A stretch of 64,000 nucleotides of DNA from an uncultured Myxococcales bacterium (GTDB lineage: Bacteria > Myxococcota_A > UBA9160 > SZUA-336). Under the pieces are notes generated by a model, which saw only the letters and a program-made list of their open reading frames with translations, made no database searches and was not told where the DNA came from. The translations under genes and the position numbers were made by a program. Positions 8,574 through 17,622 of this stretch are shown here, piece by piece. Numbering within the stretch: the first letter of the stretch is position 1; every line of letters begins with the position of its first letter. The stretch lies in contig CAYVQJ010000100.1 of NCBI GenBank assembly GCA_964454165.1, forward strand, positions 7,594-71,593. Reading direction: 5' to 3'.

Positions 8574-8619
8574 CGAAGTCCTCCCCGGGATCTCGGCGCA
8601 CTATACCGCTGGGCAATCC

Positions 8620-8958
8620 CACGAGGGTGTGGCACGAGGGGGCGATGTCGTCCCAGACGCTCGCGCCGCACCTGCCCAGCGGCGTCTCGGCCGCAGCGGC
8701 GCGAAGGGCTCGCTCTACTACGCAGCCGGCTACTCGGGCCACGGCCTGGCGCTCGCGAGCTTCGCGGGGCCGATGCTTGCCGACCTGATCCTCGGCAAGG
8801 AGGGCCCGGGTGCGCTGCCTGCCGCGCGCTCCGGCGTGCGTCTGCCGCCCGAGCCGCTGCGCTGGCTCGGGTTCCGCGCGGTCGTCGCGGCGCTGCGCCT
8901 GCGCGACCGACGTGTCGATCGCGCGCTTGACTCTCACCGGGGTCCCAGCCAGACTTAA
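8620..8958 (+). pseudogene. C-terminal fragment of a DAO-family FAD-dependent oxidoreductase (frameshifted; N-terminal ~300 aa missing)
   Basis: WHEGAMSSQTLAPHLP is in one frame and GSLYYAAGYSGHGLALASFAGPMLADLILG...LRLRDRRVDRAL in another. There is no FAD-binding N-terminus. The fragment begins right at the oxc-like gene start. Confidence 0.5.
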
Positions 8959-8962
8959 GTGG

Positions 8963-9298
8963 TTGATTAACTATTCAGATGCGCTCGACGGAGTGTTCAA
9001 GGCGCTCGGAGACGGCGCGCGGCGCCGGATCCTGGAGCGGCTCGCGCGCGGCGAGGCCACGCTCTCCGCTCTCGCTGCGCCGCTCGAGATCTCGCTGCCC
9101 GCCGTGCACCAGCACGTGACCTTGCTCGAAGAGGTGGGGCTCGTCGCCTGCGAGAAGCGCGGGCGTGAGCGCTTCTGCCGGCTCGACACGCGTGGGCTCG
9201 ACCGCGTCGAGGCGTGGATCGGTGGCCGGCGCCGGCTCTGGGAGAACCGGCTCGCCGCGCTCGATGCATTCCTTGCAGACAAGAAGAGGAGGCGATGA
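8963..9298 (+). CDS. ArsR/SmtB-family transcriptional regulator
   Basis: DGVFKALGDGARRRILERLARGEATLSALAAPLEISLPAVHQHVTLLEEVGLV (wHTH). TTG start assumed. Confidence 0.75.
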   Translation: MINYSDALDGVFKALGDGARRRILERLARGEATLSALAAPLEISLPAVHQHVTLLEEVGLVACEKRGRERFCRLDTRGLDRVEAWIGGRRRLWENRLAALDAFLADKKRRR

Positions 9299-9762
9299 TG
9301 TCCAACGAAGAAACGACGCTGCACGACACGGTGGCCGTGCGCCGAACCTACGCCGCGCCCGCTGCGCGCGTGTTCGCGGCGTGGAGCGATCCCGCGGCGC
9401 TCCAGCGCTGGTACGTGCCCGGCGACGGGAGCTGGTCCTCGAAGGTGCTCGTGCACGAGTTCCGCCGGGGAGGCAGCAAGCGGCTCGAGTTCGGCCCCCC
9501 GGGCGGGCCGCTGTACGTCGAGGACTGCCGCTACGAGGACATCGTCCCCGAGCGGCGCATCTGCTTCGCGATGACGATCCTGCGGGCCGGGGTCCCGATC
9601 ACCACGTCGATGGTGACGGTCGAGCTCCTCGCGCGTGGCGCGCGCACCGAGACCGTGGTGACGGACCAGCTCGCGATCCTCGACGGTGGCGACACCTCCA
9701 CGGACCGCCTGCGCGGCTGGGGCGAGACGCTCGACAAGCTGGTGCGCGAGCTCGCGCGCTGA
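9295..9762 (+). CDS. SRPBCC / AHSA1 (Aha1-like) domain protein
   Basis: Start overlaps the arsR stop (ATGATG/TGA). RTYAAPAARVFAAWSDPAALQRW. ArsR-SRPBCC pairing is common. Confidence 0.75.
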   Translation: MMSNEETTLHDTVAVRRTYAAPAARVFAAWSDPAALQRWYVPGDGSWSSKVLVHEFRRGGSKRLEFGPPGGPLYVEDCRYEDIVPERRICFAMTILRAGVPITTSMVTVELLARGARTETVVTDQLAILDGGDTSTDRLRGWGETLDKLVRELAR

Positions 9763-9778
9763 CGAGGGAGGTAGGTCC

Positions 9779-10453
9779 ATGATCCAATTGTTCGGGAATG
9801 CGAACACGCGAGCGTTCCGCTCGCTGTGGCTGCTCGATGAGCTCGGGGTTCCCTACGAGCACGTGAACACCGACTTCCACAACGGGGATACGCGCAAGCC
9901 GGAATTCCTGGCGATCAATCCCAACGGGCACGTGCCGGCGCTCGTCGACGGGGAGCTGCGCCTGTGGGAGTCGATGGCGATCAACCTGTACCTCGCGGGC
10001 AGGTATGGGCAGGCGCCGTTCTGGCCAGCGTCCGAGCCCGACCGCGCCCGCGCCGTGCAGTGGTCGTTCTGGGCGGTCACCGAGTGCGAGCAGCACGGCT
10101 TCAACGTGCTGTTCCAGAAGGGTGGGGAGCAGTTCGCCCGCTGGCGCGAATGGTCGAGCAGCCCGGAGTTCCGCGAGACGCATCCCGCGGCGGTCGCCCC
10201 GAGCGAGGAAACGGCGGCGGCTTCGGAGGCGGCGCTGCAAATCCCCTTCCGCGTGCTGAACGCTCACCTCGAGGGACGTGACTACATCCTCGGTCCCGCG
10301 TTCACCGCAGCCGATCTGAACGTTGCCTCGATCCTCGTCTCGGTGCTGCTCGCGAGGATCGACCTCTCCGCGCATCCCAGGCTCGCAGCCTGGCTCGGGC
10401 GCTGCACCTCGCGGCCCGCGGTGGCGCGAGCCGCCGCGCGTCGGTCAGAGTGA
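9779..10453 (+). CDS. glutathione S-transferase
   Basis: MIQLFGNANTRAFRSLWLLDELGVPYEHV...INPNGHVPALVDGELRLWESMAINLYL. Confidence 0.8.
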   Translation: MIQLFGNANTRAFRSLWLLDELGVPYEHVNTDFHNGDTRKPEFLAINPNGHVPALVDGELRLWESMAINLYLAGRYGQAPFWPASEPDRARAVQWSFWAVTECEQHGFNVLFQKGGEQFARWREWSSSPEFRETHPAAVAPSEETAAASEAALQIPFRVLNAHLEGRDYILGPAFTAADLNVASILVSVLLARIDLSAHPRLAAWLGRCTSRPAVARAAARRSE

Positions 10454-10915
10454 CAGCCGCATCACGACGCGCGTCGCCGGGTCGAGGCCGCGGGTCGCCT
10501 CTTCCTCGACCACGAGGCGGAGCGCGAGGGACAGCTCGTGCACGGCCAAGCTGCGGAAGCCGCAGCTCGCGTAGAAGGGCTCGTTCCACGGGAACTGGCT
10601 GAAGGTCGTGAGCGTGACCGCGGCGTGTCCCGCCGCTCGCGCCCACGCCGAGACCGCGAGGACCAGCGCGCGGCCGATGCCGCATCGTGCGGCCGCGGGA
10701 TGCACGTCCATCTCCTCGAGGTGCGGCTTTCCGTCGACGAGATCGACGAGCGCGAAGCCGACGACCGAGCCGCCGGCGTCTCGCGCGACCCACAGGTGAC
10801 CCGCGCGCTGCGCCGCGACGAACTCCTCGAGCGAGGTCCGGTCCTCGAGCACGCTCGCCGGAAGCCCGCGGTCCGCGAACAGAGTCGCGGCCGCGTCCTC
10901 GATCTCTGCGAGCAA
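10445..10915 (-). CDS. GNAT-family N-acetyltransferase (N-terminus may extend ~12 codons upstream)
   Basis: VVGFALVDLVDGKPHLEEMDVHPAAARCGIGRALV (acetyl-CoA motif A-like). The upstream in-frame VTFSIEPARAADL looks like the usual GNAT start. Confidence 0.7.
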   Translation of the reverse strand: MLAEIEDAAATLFADRGLPASVLEDRTSLEEFVAAQRAGHLWVARDAGGSVVGFALVDLVDGKPHLEEMDVHPAAARCGIGRALVLAVSAWARAAGHAAVTLTTFSQFPWNEPFYASCGFRSLAVHELSLALRLVVEEEATRGLDPATRVVMRLSL

Positions 10916-10968
10916 AGAGAGGTCGGCAGCCCGCGCGGGCTCGATGCTGAATGTGACCGACGCCGCGG

Positions 10969-12177
10969 CTATTTCTCGGCCGCGGGCTCAGCGATCGCGC
11001 CGGCCGCGCGCAGCGCCGCGAGCTCCGCCTCGCCCATTCCGAGGTCGGCGCGCAGCACCTCCGCGGTGTGGCCGCCGAGGAGCGGCGCGGCGCGCAGCGG
11101 TACGTCACTCGCGGACATGCGGATCGGATTGCCGAGGTGCGGCACTCGCCCCAGCGCCTCATGCTCCACGTCGCGCACGAAGCCGCGCGCGCGCAGGTGC
11201 GGGTCGTCGAACAGATCGCGTGTGTCGAGCACCGCGCCGCACGGCACGCCGGCCCCGCCGAGGATGCGCATCACCGGGTACTTCTCGCGCTCGCGCGTCC
11301 ACTTCGCGATCTCCTGGTAGAGCGCGGCGCCGTTCTGGTGCCGCCCGATCCAGCCCTTGAAGCGCGCGTCCTCCGCGAGCTCCGGGCGATCCATCGCGCC
11401 GCAGAGCTGCGTCCACATGCGCGCGGTCGCGACGACGACGTAGACGTAGTCGTTCGCTCCGCCGGGCTTGCACGGGTAGAGGTTCAGCATCGGCCCCTCG
11501 CCGTTGCCGCCGCGCGGGGCAGCCTGCCGCCCGAAGTCCGAGCCGTTCGCGATGCGCGTGCGCATGTAGTAGGTCATCGCCTCCTGCATCGAGAGCTCGA
11601 CGAGCTGGCCGCGACCGGTGCGCAGGCGCTGCACGTAGGCGGCGACGATCGCGAGAGCGGTCTGCACGCCGGTGCCCGAGTCGCCCATGGTCGGCCCGGG
11701 ACACACGGGCGGGCCGTCCTTGAAGCCGGTGACCGAGAACGCTCCCGCCGTCGCCTGCGCGACCATGTCGTAGCACTTGTAGCCGCTGTAGGGGCCATCG
11801 CCGCCGAAGCCCTTGATGCGCGTGTAGATCAGTCCGGGGTGCGCGCGCGAGAGCGTTTCGTAATCGAGCCCGAGCTTCTCCGATACGCCGGGCCCGTAGT
11901 TCTCGACGAACACGTCGTAGCGTGGGAGCAGGCGCAAAAGCAGCGCGCGCCCCTCCGGCTTCTCGAGGTCGATCGCGACGCTGCGCTTGTTCGCGTTCCA
12001 GTACAGGAAGTAGGCGCTGTGGTCCTTGCCGGTCGCGAGCATGCGCCCGGGATCGCCGAGACCGGGCCTCTCGACCTTGACCACGTCGGCGCCGAGCCAG
12101 GCGAGGAGCTGGGTACAGCTCGGTCCCGCCTCGTACTGGGTCATGTCGAGCACGCGCATTCCGTCGAGCGCCGGCAT
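10969..12177 (-). CDS. frc: formyl-CoA:oxalate CoA-transferase (family III CoA-transferase)
   Basis: GMRVLDMTQYEAGPSCTQLLAWLGADVVKVERPG, GDSGTG, PRGGNGEG and APLLGGHTAEVL closely track E. coli YfdW/Frc. Confidence 0.85.
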   Translation of the reverse strand: MPALDGMRVLDMTQYEAGPSCTQLLAWLGADVVKVERPGLGDPGRMLATGKDHSAYFLYWNANKRSVAIDLEKPEGRALLLRLLPRYDVFVENYGPGVSEKLGLDYETLSRAHPGLIYTRIKGFGGDGPYSGYKCYDMVAQATAGAFSVTGFKDGPPVCPGPTMGDSGTGVQTALAIVAAYVQRLRTGRGQLVELSMQEAMTYYMRTRIANGSDFGRQAAPRGGNGEGPMLNLYPCKPGGANDYVYVVVATARMWTQLCGAMDRPELAEDARFKGWIGRHQNGAALYQEIAKWTREREKYPVMRILGGAGVPCGAVLDTRDLFDDPHLRARGFVRDVEHEALGRVPHLGNPIRMSASDVPLRAAPLLGGHTAEVLRADLGMGEAELAALRAAGAIAEPAAEK

Positions 12178-12225
12178 CGCAGCTCCTCCCTACCCGCATC
12201 CTACCCGGCGTGGCATGGTCTGGGC

Positions 12226-13689
12226 ATGGACCAGACCAAACCCCTCTCCGTCGCCATTCTCGGCGCCGGAGTCTCGGGCCTCTGCACCGCGATCCAGCTG
12301 TTGCGCGCCGGCATCTCGGACTTCGCGATCTTCGAGAAGTCGAACAAGGTCGGTGGCACCTGGTGGGACAACCAGTACCCCGGTGCCGCCTGCGACGTTC
12401 CGTCGCACTTCTACTGTTACTCGTTCGAGCCCAACCCGGACTGGAGCCACAAGTACTCGCCGCAGCCGGAGATCCAGCGCTACCTGGAGCACTGCGCGAG
12501 CAAGTACCAGGTGCTGCCGCACATCCGCTTCGGCACCGAGGTCGAGGGCGCCCGCTTCGACGAGCGCGCCGGATCCTGGCGGATCCGGCTGCGCGGCGGC
12601 GAGGAGGTCGTCGCGAAGGTGCTCGTGAGCGGCGTCGGTCAGCTCAACCGGCCGCACGTTCCCGACCTGCCCGGGCTGCGCGACTTCACCGGCACCGCGT
12701 TCCACTCCGCGCGCTGGAGGACCCAGCACGAGTTCGCGGGGCGCGAGGTCGCCGTGATCGGCAACGGCGCCAGCGCGATCCAGTTCATCCCCAAGCTCGC
12801 CGAGCAGTGCAAGCGCGTGGCCATCTTCCAGCGCTCGGCGAACTGGATCGTGCCGCGCGGCGACTACGCCTACAGCGACCGCGCCAAGCGCATCTTTCGG
12901 CGCTTCCCGTTCCTGATGCGGCTGTATCGCTGGTTCTTCTACTGGCGGCTCGAGCTGAACTACCTGGCGTTCGGCGCCGAGGGCTTCATGGCGCGCGTGA
13001 TGGAGAAGGGCGCGCGCCAGCACATGCAGACGCACATCCCCGACCCTGCGCTGCGCGAGCGGCTCACGCCGGACTACCGGGTCGGCTGCAAGCGCATCCT
13101 GATCGACGACGACTTCATGCCCGCGCTCGCGCGCCCGAACGTCGAGGTGGTGACGACGCCGCTCGAGCGCATCCTGCCGGGAGGCGTGTGCACCAGCGAC
13201 GGCAAGATCTACCCGGCCGACACGCTCGTGCTCGCCACCGGCTTCGAGACCACGAGCTTCCAGGCGCCGATGGAGATCGTCGGCCGCGACGGTCGCAAGC
13301 TGCAGGAGGTCTGGCGCGAGGGCGCGGAGGCGTACCTCGGCCTCAGCGTCGCAGGCTTCCCCAACTTCTTCATGCTCTACGGGCCCAACACCAACCTGGG
13401 TCACAACTCGATCATCTTCATGATCGAGTGCCAGGTGAACTACGTCCTGCGCTGCATCCAGGAGCTACGCCACCGCGGCCTGCGCTGGCTCGATGTGCGC
13501 CCCGACGCGCAGGCGCGCTTCAACGAGAGGCTGCAGCAGGACCTGTCGCACACCGCGTGGGCCGCCGGCTGCAAGAGCTGGTACAAGACCGCCTCCGGCA
13601 AGGTCACCAACAACTGGTCGAGCTTCACGGTCAAGTACTGGTGGCAGACCCGCCGCCCGCGTTTCCAGGAGTTCGACCAGGCGGCGTAG
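12226..13689 (+). CDS. class B flavoprotein (Baeyer-Villiger-type) monooxygenase
   Basis: ILGAGVSGL (FAD GxGxxG), GGTWWDNQYPGAACDVPSHFY, and a second Rossmann motif VIGNGASAIQ. Confidence 0.8.
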   Translation: MDQTKPLSVAILGAGVSGLCTAIQLLRAGISDFAIFEKSNKVGGTWWDNQYPGAACDVPSHFYCYSFEPNPDWSHKYSPQPEIQRYLEHCASKYQVLPHIRFGTEVEGARFDERAGSWRIRLRGGEEVVAKVLVSGVGQLNRPHVPDLPGLRDFTGTAFHSARWRTQHEFAGREVAVIGNGASAIQFIPKLAEQCKRVAIFQRSANWIVPRGDYAYSDRAKRIFRRFPFLMRLYRWFFYWRLELNYLAFGAEGFMARVMEKGARQHMQTHIPDPALRERLTPDYRVGCKRILIDDDFMPALARPNVEVVTTPLERILPGGVCTSDGKIYPADTLVLATGFETTSFQAPMEIVGRDGRKLQEVWREGAEAYLGLSVAGFPNFFMLYGPNTNLGHNSIIFMIECQVNYVLRCIQELRHRGLRWLDVRPDAQARFNERLQQDLSHTAWAAGCKSWYKTASGKVTNNWSSFTVKYWWQTRRPRFQEFDQAA

Positions 13690-13704
13690 CCGATCATGGT
13701 CGGG

Positions 13705-14154
13705 TCAGCGCTGGACGAGGCGATAGATCCAGGCTTCGTCGAACTGGCTCGGGTCACGGCGAAATGTCGACTGGCTCGTCCACGCCTTTGCGAAGGCCGC
13801 GGTTTCGGCGGAGTCCGTCACGCGTTCGGCGCGCAGGTCGTAGAGGTCACCGTCGATCCGCAGCCGCACTCGTGGATCCGCGCCGATGTTCTTCACCCAC
13901 TGCGTCTCGGTGTCGCCCGCGTTCACGTACACACGCCCGTCCAGGACCGTGAAGCCGACGTTGACCGAGTAGGGATCGGCGGGGCGCGTCTCGATCTGCG
14001 CGGTCCCGTACTCGCCGACGAACGCCCAGTCGGAAGGGGCGGGCTTGACCTCGCCGTCGAGCTTCCCGCCCGGCAGCAGGAACGTAGGACCGCTGCAGCC
14101 AGCGGAGGCTGCGAGCAACAGGACGGCACGGACTGCGATCGAGCGCGTTCTCAC
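13705..14154 (-). CDS. putative lipoprotein of unknown function
   Basis: Lipobox-like signal MRTRSIAVRAVLLLAASAGC. The remainder has no motif I can name with confidence. Confidence 0.5.
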   Translation of the reverse strand: MRTRSIAVRAVLLLAASAGCSGPTFLLPGGKLDGEVKPAPSDWAFVGEYGTAQIETRPADPYSVNVGFTVLDGRVYVNAGDTETQWVKNIGADPRVRLRIDGDLYDLRAERVTDSAETAAFAKAWTSQSTFRRDPSQFDEAWIYRLVQR

Positions 14155-14178
14155 CGGCAGGCTCCTCCGCGCTCGATC

Positions 14179-15060
14179 CTAGAGCATTCCGAGATCGCCG
14201 ATCATGCACTTGACCGAGCCGCCGCCCTTCTTGTGGAACTCGGAGACGTCGACTTCGAGCGGGCGCGCGCCGTGTGCCCGGATGGCGCCGCGCAGGCGCG
14301 CGGAGACGCCGGCCGGCATCACGAGCAGCGGCTCGTCGCCAACCTCGAGCGCGAAGGAGTTGGCGGCGTAGATCGCGGCGTCGGCGTCGTCGAGCGGGAT
14401 CAGGCGCTCGCCGAAGAGGTCGCGCAGGCGCGCGCTGGCGGCGGGGTCGAGCGCTGGGAGCCAGGCGAGCAGGGCTGTGCGGCCCGGGCCGAAGCTACAC
14501 AGGCAGGTGTCGCCGTGGTAGTAGCGCTCGTCGACCAGGCGCACGCGCTCGACGGGGCGCTCGAACGGCCCGATCGCGGCGATCGCGTCGAGCGCCGCCG
14601 GGTCGCTGCGAAAGCCGTAGACGCGCTTCCACGGCGGCATTCCCAGACGCGGCACGAAGCGCTGGCGCCGAATCTCGCCGTACGTGAAGAGCAGGAGCTT
14701 CCCCGCGGGGAACAGGTCCGCCTCGCCCTCGAAGCGCGGTCCGATCGTGCGCGCGCGCAGGCCGAGCGACTCCACGGCCCCACGGTACGCCGACTGCTCC
14801 GCGGCGCGCGTCGGCGTCAGGTTCGAGAGGATGAAGTCCGTTCCGGCGCGGAAGCCGGCATTGGCGGGGTACACCAGACCCGGTCGCGCCGGATCGGGCG
14901 CGATCACGTGTACGTGCACGCCGAGGTCCGCGAGCTGGTCGTGCAGCCGGTGCCACTGGGTCTGCGCGAGCGCGCGGTCCACGCTCTTGCGCCGCCCCCA
15001 GCGATCGCGTGTGTGCGGGTTGGCTCCGCCCACCACCGAGAAGTGGGTGGGGTCGCCCAT
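14179..15060 (-). CDS. pentein/amidinotransferase-superfamily guanidino-group hydrolase (DDAH/CtlX-like), last gene of AST-like operon
   Basis: ~293 aa. C-terminal HKKGGGSVKCMIGDL carries the catalytic Cys context of the superfamily. It starts 14 nt after the astD stop. Confidence 0.65.
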   Translation of the reverse strand: MGDPTHFSVVGGANPHTRDRWGRRKSVDRALAQTQWHRLHDQLADLGVHVHVIAPDPARPGLVYPANAGFRAGTDFILSNLTPTRAAEQSAYRGAVESLGLRARTIGPRFEGEADLFPAGKLLLFTYGEIRRQRFVPRLGMPPWKRVYGFRSDPAALDAIAAIGPFERPVERVRLVDERYYHGDTCLCSFGPGRTALLAWLPALDPAASARLRDLFGERLIPLDDADAAIYAANSFALEVGDEPLLVMPAGVSARLRGAIRAHGARPLEVDVSEFHKKGGGSVKCMIGDLGML

Positions 15061-15074
15061 CAAGACGGTGTGCG

Positions 15075-16586
15075 TCAGCGGGGCCACGGGAAGCCGGGAT
15101 GGCGCGCGAGCGCAGCCGTCTCCGGGCGCTCGACCTCGAGCGACGACATCGGGTAGGTGCAGTAGAAGGCGCTCCACGAGCCTGCCGGGCGGTCGTTGCC
15201 GCTCTGCTTGATCCCGCCGAACGGCAGGCGCGACGACGCGCCCACCGTCCCGGTATTCCAGTTCAGGAGCCCGAGCCGGCACTCCCGCGCCGCCTGCTCG
15301 TAGCGCGCGCGCGACGCGCTGAAGATCGAGCCCACCAGCCCGTAGTCGGTCGCGTTCAGCGCGGCCATGCCTTCCTCGAGTGACTCGACGGTGAGCACCG
15401 CTACATCGGGCACGAAGTGCTCCTCCATCTGGTAGCGGGAGCTCCTGCGCAGCCCGGTGATCTGGTGCAGCGACGGCCGCACCCAGTGGCCGCGCTTCGG
15501 TCCGTCGCAGGGTCCGCCGGCGAGGAGAGACTCCGCGCGCTCCTGGCGCGCGAGCTCGATCACCTCAGAGTGGCGGCGCCGCGCCTCGGCAGAGATCAGC
15601 GGCCCCATGAATGCCTCGTCGTCCAGCGCATGGCCGATGCGCAGGTTTCCCATCACGTGCACCAGGCCCTCGAGCAGCGCGCCCGCGACGCGGCGGTCGA
15701 CGATCAGCCGGCTCGTCGCGCTGCAGCGCTGCCCCGTCGTTACGCAGGCGCCGAACGCGACGGCATGCACGGCTGCCCGCACGTCGGCGTCGTCGCACAC
15801 CAGCACGCCGTTCTTCCCGCCGAGCTCGAGCGCGACGATCTTCCAGGGCTGATCGAGCGTGGCCTCGAGGATCATGCGGCCGACCGCGTGCGAGCCAGTG
15901 AACAGCACGCCGTCGAGCTCGGAATGCGCGGCCAGGCGTGAGCCCACGTCCGCCTTCCCCTGGACCATGTTGAACACGCCGGGCGGGAAGCCGGCGCGGC
16001 GCGCGAGCTCGGCGTAGCGCTGCCCGGTGGCGGGAGCCTTGTCCGAAGGCTTCAACACGACACAGTTTCCGGTCGCCAGCGCCGGCGCCACGTGCCCGTG
16101 CATCAGGTGTGCGGGGAAGTTGAACGGGCCGAGCACCGCGAGCACGCCGCGCGGGCGCGCGCGCAGGCGGCCGGTCTGGCCGTCGAGCCCGAGCTTGCGC
16201 TCCGCGACGAGCTCGAGCCCCTCGCCGAGCGCAATCGGAATCTTGCCAAGCAGCGCCGCGACCTCGGTGCGGGCTTCCCAGAGTGGCTTGCCGACCTCGA
16301 GCGCGATCAGCCGCGCCAGGTTCTCCTTGTCGGCCTCGAGCTCGAGCCCGAAGCGGCGCAGAAGACCCGTGCGCTCCTCGGCGCTCGCATCGCGCCACGC
16401 CGGCCAGGCGCGTCGCGCGGCGTCGATCGCGGCGTCGACGGACTCCATGCCGACGGGGAACGCGCCGCGCGCAGCGTCGAGGTCGCCGGGGTCGAAGAGC
16501 TTGATCTCGTCCACCGGGTGCTCGGGCAGGCGGAAGGCGCCGCCGACGAAGTCGCCCTGCGGCTCGAACGGACTCGTTTCAGCCAC
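15075..16586 (-). CDS. astD: N-succinylglutamate 5-semialdehyde dehydrogenase
   Basis: GKPLWEARTEV, VLGPFNFPAHL, ELGGKN, TTGQRCS and NWNTGTVGASSRLPFGGIKQSGNDRP..YCTYPMSSLE track E. coli AstD. The GTG start overlaps the astA stop. Confidence 0.8.
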   Translation of the reverse strand: MAETSPFEPQGDFVGGAFRLPEHPVDEIKLFDPGDLDAARGAFPVGMESVDAAIDAARRAWPAWRDASAEERTGLLRRFGLELEADKENLARLIALEVGKPLWEARTEVAALLGKIPIALGEGLELVAERKLGLDGQTGRLRARPRGVLAVLGPFNFPAHLMHGHVAPALATGNCVVLKPSDKAPATGQRYAELARRAGFPPGVFNMVQGKADVGSRLAAHSELDGVLFTGSHAVGRMILEATLDQPWKIVALELGGKNGVLVCDDADVRAAVHAVAFGACVTTGQRCSATSRLIVDRRVAGALLEGLVHVMGNLRIGHALDDEAFMGPLISAEARRRHSEVIELARQERAESLLAGGPCDGPKRGHWVRPSLHQITGLRRSSRYQMEEHFVPDVAVLTVESLEEGMAALNATDYGLVGSIFSASRARYEQAARECRLGLLNWNTGTVGASSRLPFGGIKQSGNDRPAGSWSAFYCTYPMSSLEVERPETAALARHPGFPWPR

Positions 16587-17622
16587 GCGCGCCTCCCGCG
16601 TGCGCTGCGCCCGGGAGCGGCGTCCATGCGACTTCTTGCTCGGGCAGGACCTCGAGGCGCGCCCACGCGGCGCGCGGCAAGAGCAGCCGATCGCCCTCGA
16701 CCTCGGCCGGCGCCACGACCGCCCGAAATGCGGGGCCGAGTCCGGCGGACGCGATCGCCGGCGCCGCATCCGCACGCGGCTCGCCGCTCGCGAGCACCAG
16801 CGCCTCCGTCTCGCGCACGGGCACGATCTCGTCCGTCGCCGCCGAGTAGAACGGCCCGGCGTCGAAGGGATCGATCTGTCCGTTCCAGTGCAGGCCCGCC
16901 TGCTCGAGCAGCCGCACCGCGGGCTGCGCCCCGGCGTGCACGTGACCGAGCTTCGCGCGCACCTCGGGCTCGAGCAGCGTGGCGTAGAAGGTGGTGTCGG
17001 GGAACAGCTCGAGGATGAAGTCCTTGTCGGTCGCGCTGCGCCGATCGGCCTCCTCGTAGGCCAGGCCGGTGAAGCGCTTGCCGAACGCCTCCCAGAAGGC
17101 GTAGCGGCCCTGCGGGTCGAGCGCGGCGCGCATCTCGGCGAGCAGCTCGTCGCAGAAGCGCTCGCGGTGGCGCGCGACGAACGCGAAGCGGCCCCACGAG
17201 AGCAGCTTGCCCGGCGCTCCCGGGCGGCCGCGCGCCTCGGGGTGCAGGATCAGTGCGCCGAGCTCGCTCGGGCCGTCGCTCGAGTGACCGAGTCGCAGCG
17301 TCAAATGCTCGGTGCGCACGCCGAGCCCCTTGGACTCGCGCGCCTCGCGAGCCACCTGCAGGAAGGTGTGCGGCATCCCGGGTGTGCCGTGCTTGGAGAG
17401 GATCGCCGACGTGCCGACCACGCGAGAGCACTCGTCGTCGAGCGCGAGCTGGTACTCGCGCTCCGCGGAAGGCGGCCCCCCCTTCGCGAATGAATCCTCG
17501 GCGCGCGCGAGCCTGCGGCGCAGGAAGGCGGCGTCGGCCGGCAGGTTCGGGCTGTCCAGGAACGCGGCGAGCTCGAGGATCGCGTCGAGATCGGAGACGC
17601 GCGCGGGTCGCAGCCGGAACAT
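16579..17622 (-). CDS. astA: arginine N-succinyltransferase
   Basis: MFRLRPARVSDLDAILELA, SELGALILHPEARG, LLSWGRFAFVARHRERF, EMRAALDPQGRYAFWEAFGKRF and IDPFDAGP parallel E. coli AstA. Confidence 0.8.
   Translation of the reverse strand: MFRLRPARVSDLDAILELAAFLDSPNLPADAAFLRRRLARAEDSFAKGGPPSAEREYQLALDDECSRVVGTSAILSKHGTPGMPHTFLQVAREARESKGLGVRTEHLTLRLGHSSDGPSELGALILHPEARGRPGAPGKLLSWGRFAFVARHRERFCDELLAEMRAALDPQGRYAFWEAFGKRFTGLAYEEADRRSATDKDFILELFPDTTFYATLLEPEVRAKLGHVHAGAQPAVRLLEQAGLHWNGQIDPFDAGPFYSAATDEIVPVRETEALVLASGEPRADAAPAIASAGLGPAFRAVVAPAEVEGDRLLLPRAAWARLEVLPEQEVAWTPLPGAAHAGGARG

Noticed and set aside
16579-16586. Identical GTGGCTGA start/stop overlap at the astA/astD junction and at 4512..4519, and TAGTG overlaps at 53422 and 56346.
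   Set aside because: Short overlapping start/stop junctions are common in operons. An 8-mer recurring twice in 64 kb of GC-rich DNA is not clearly beyond chance.
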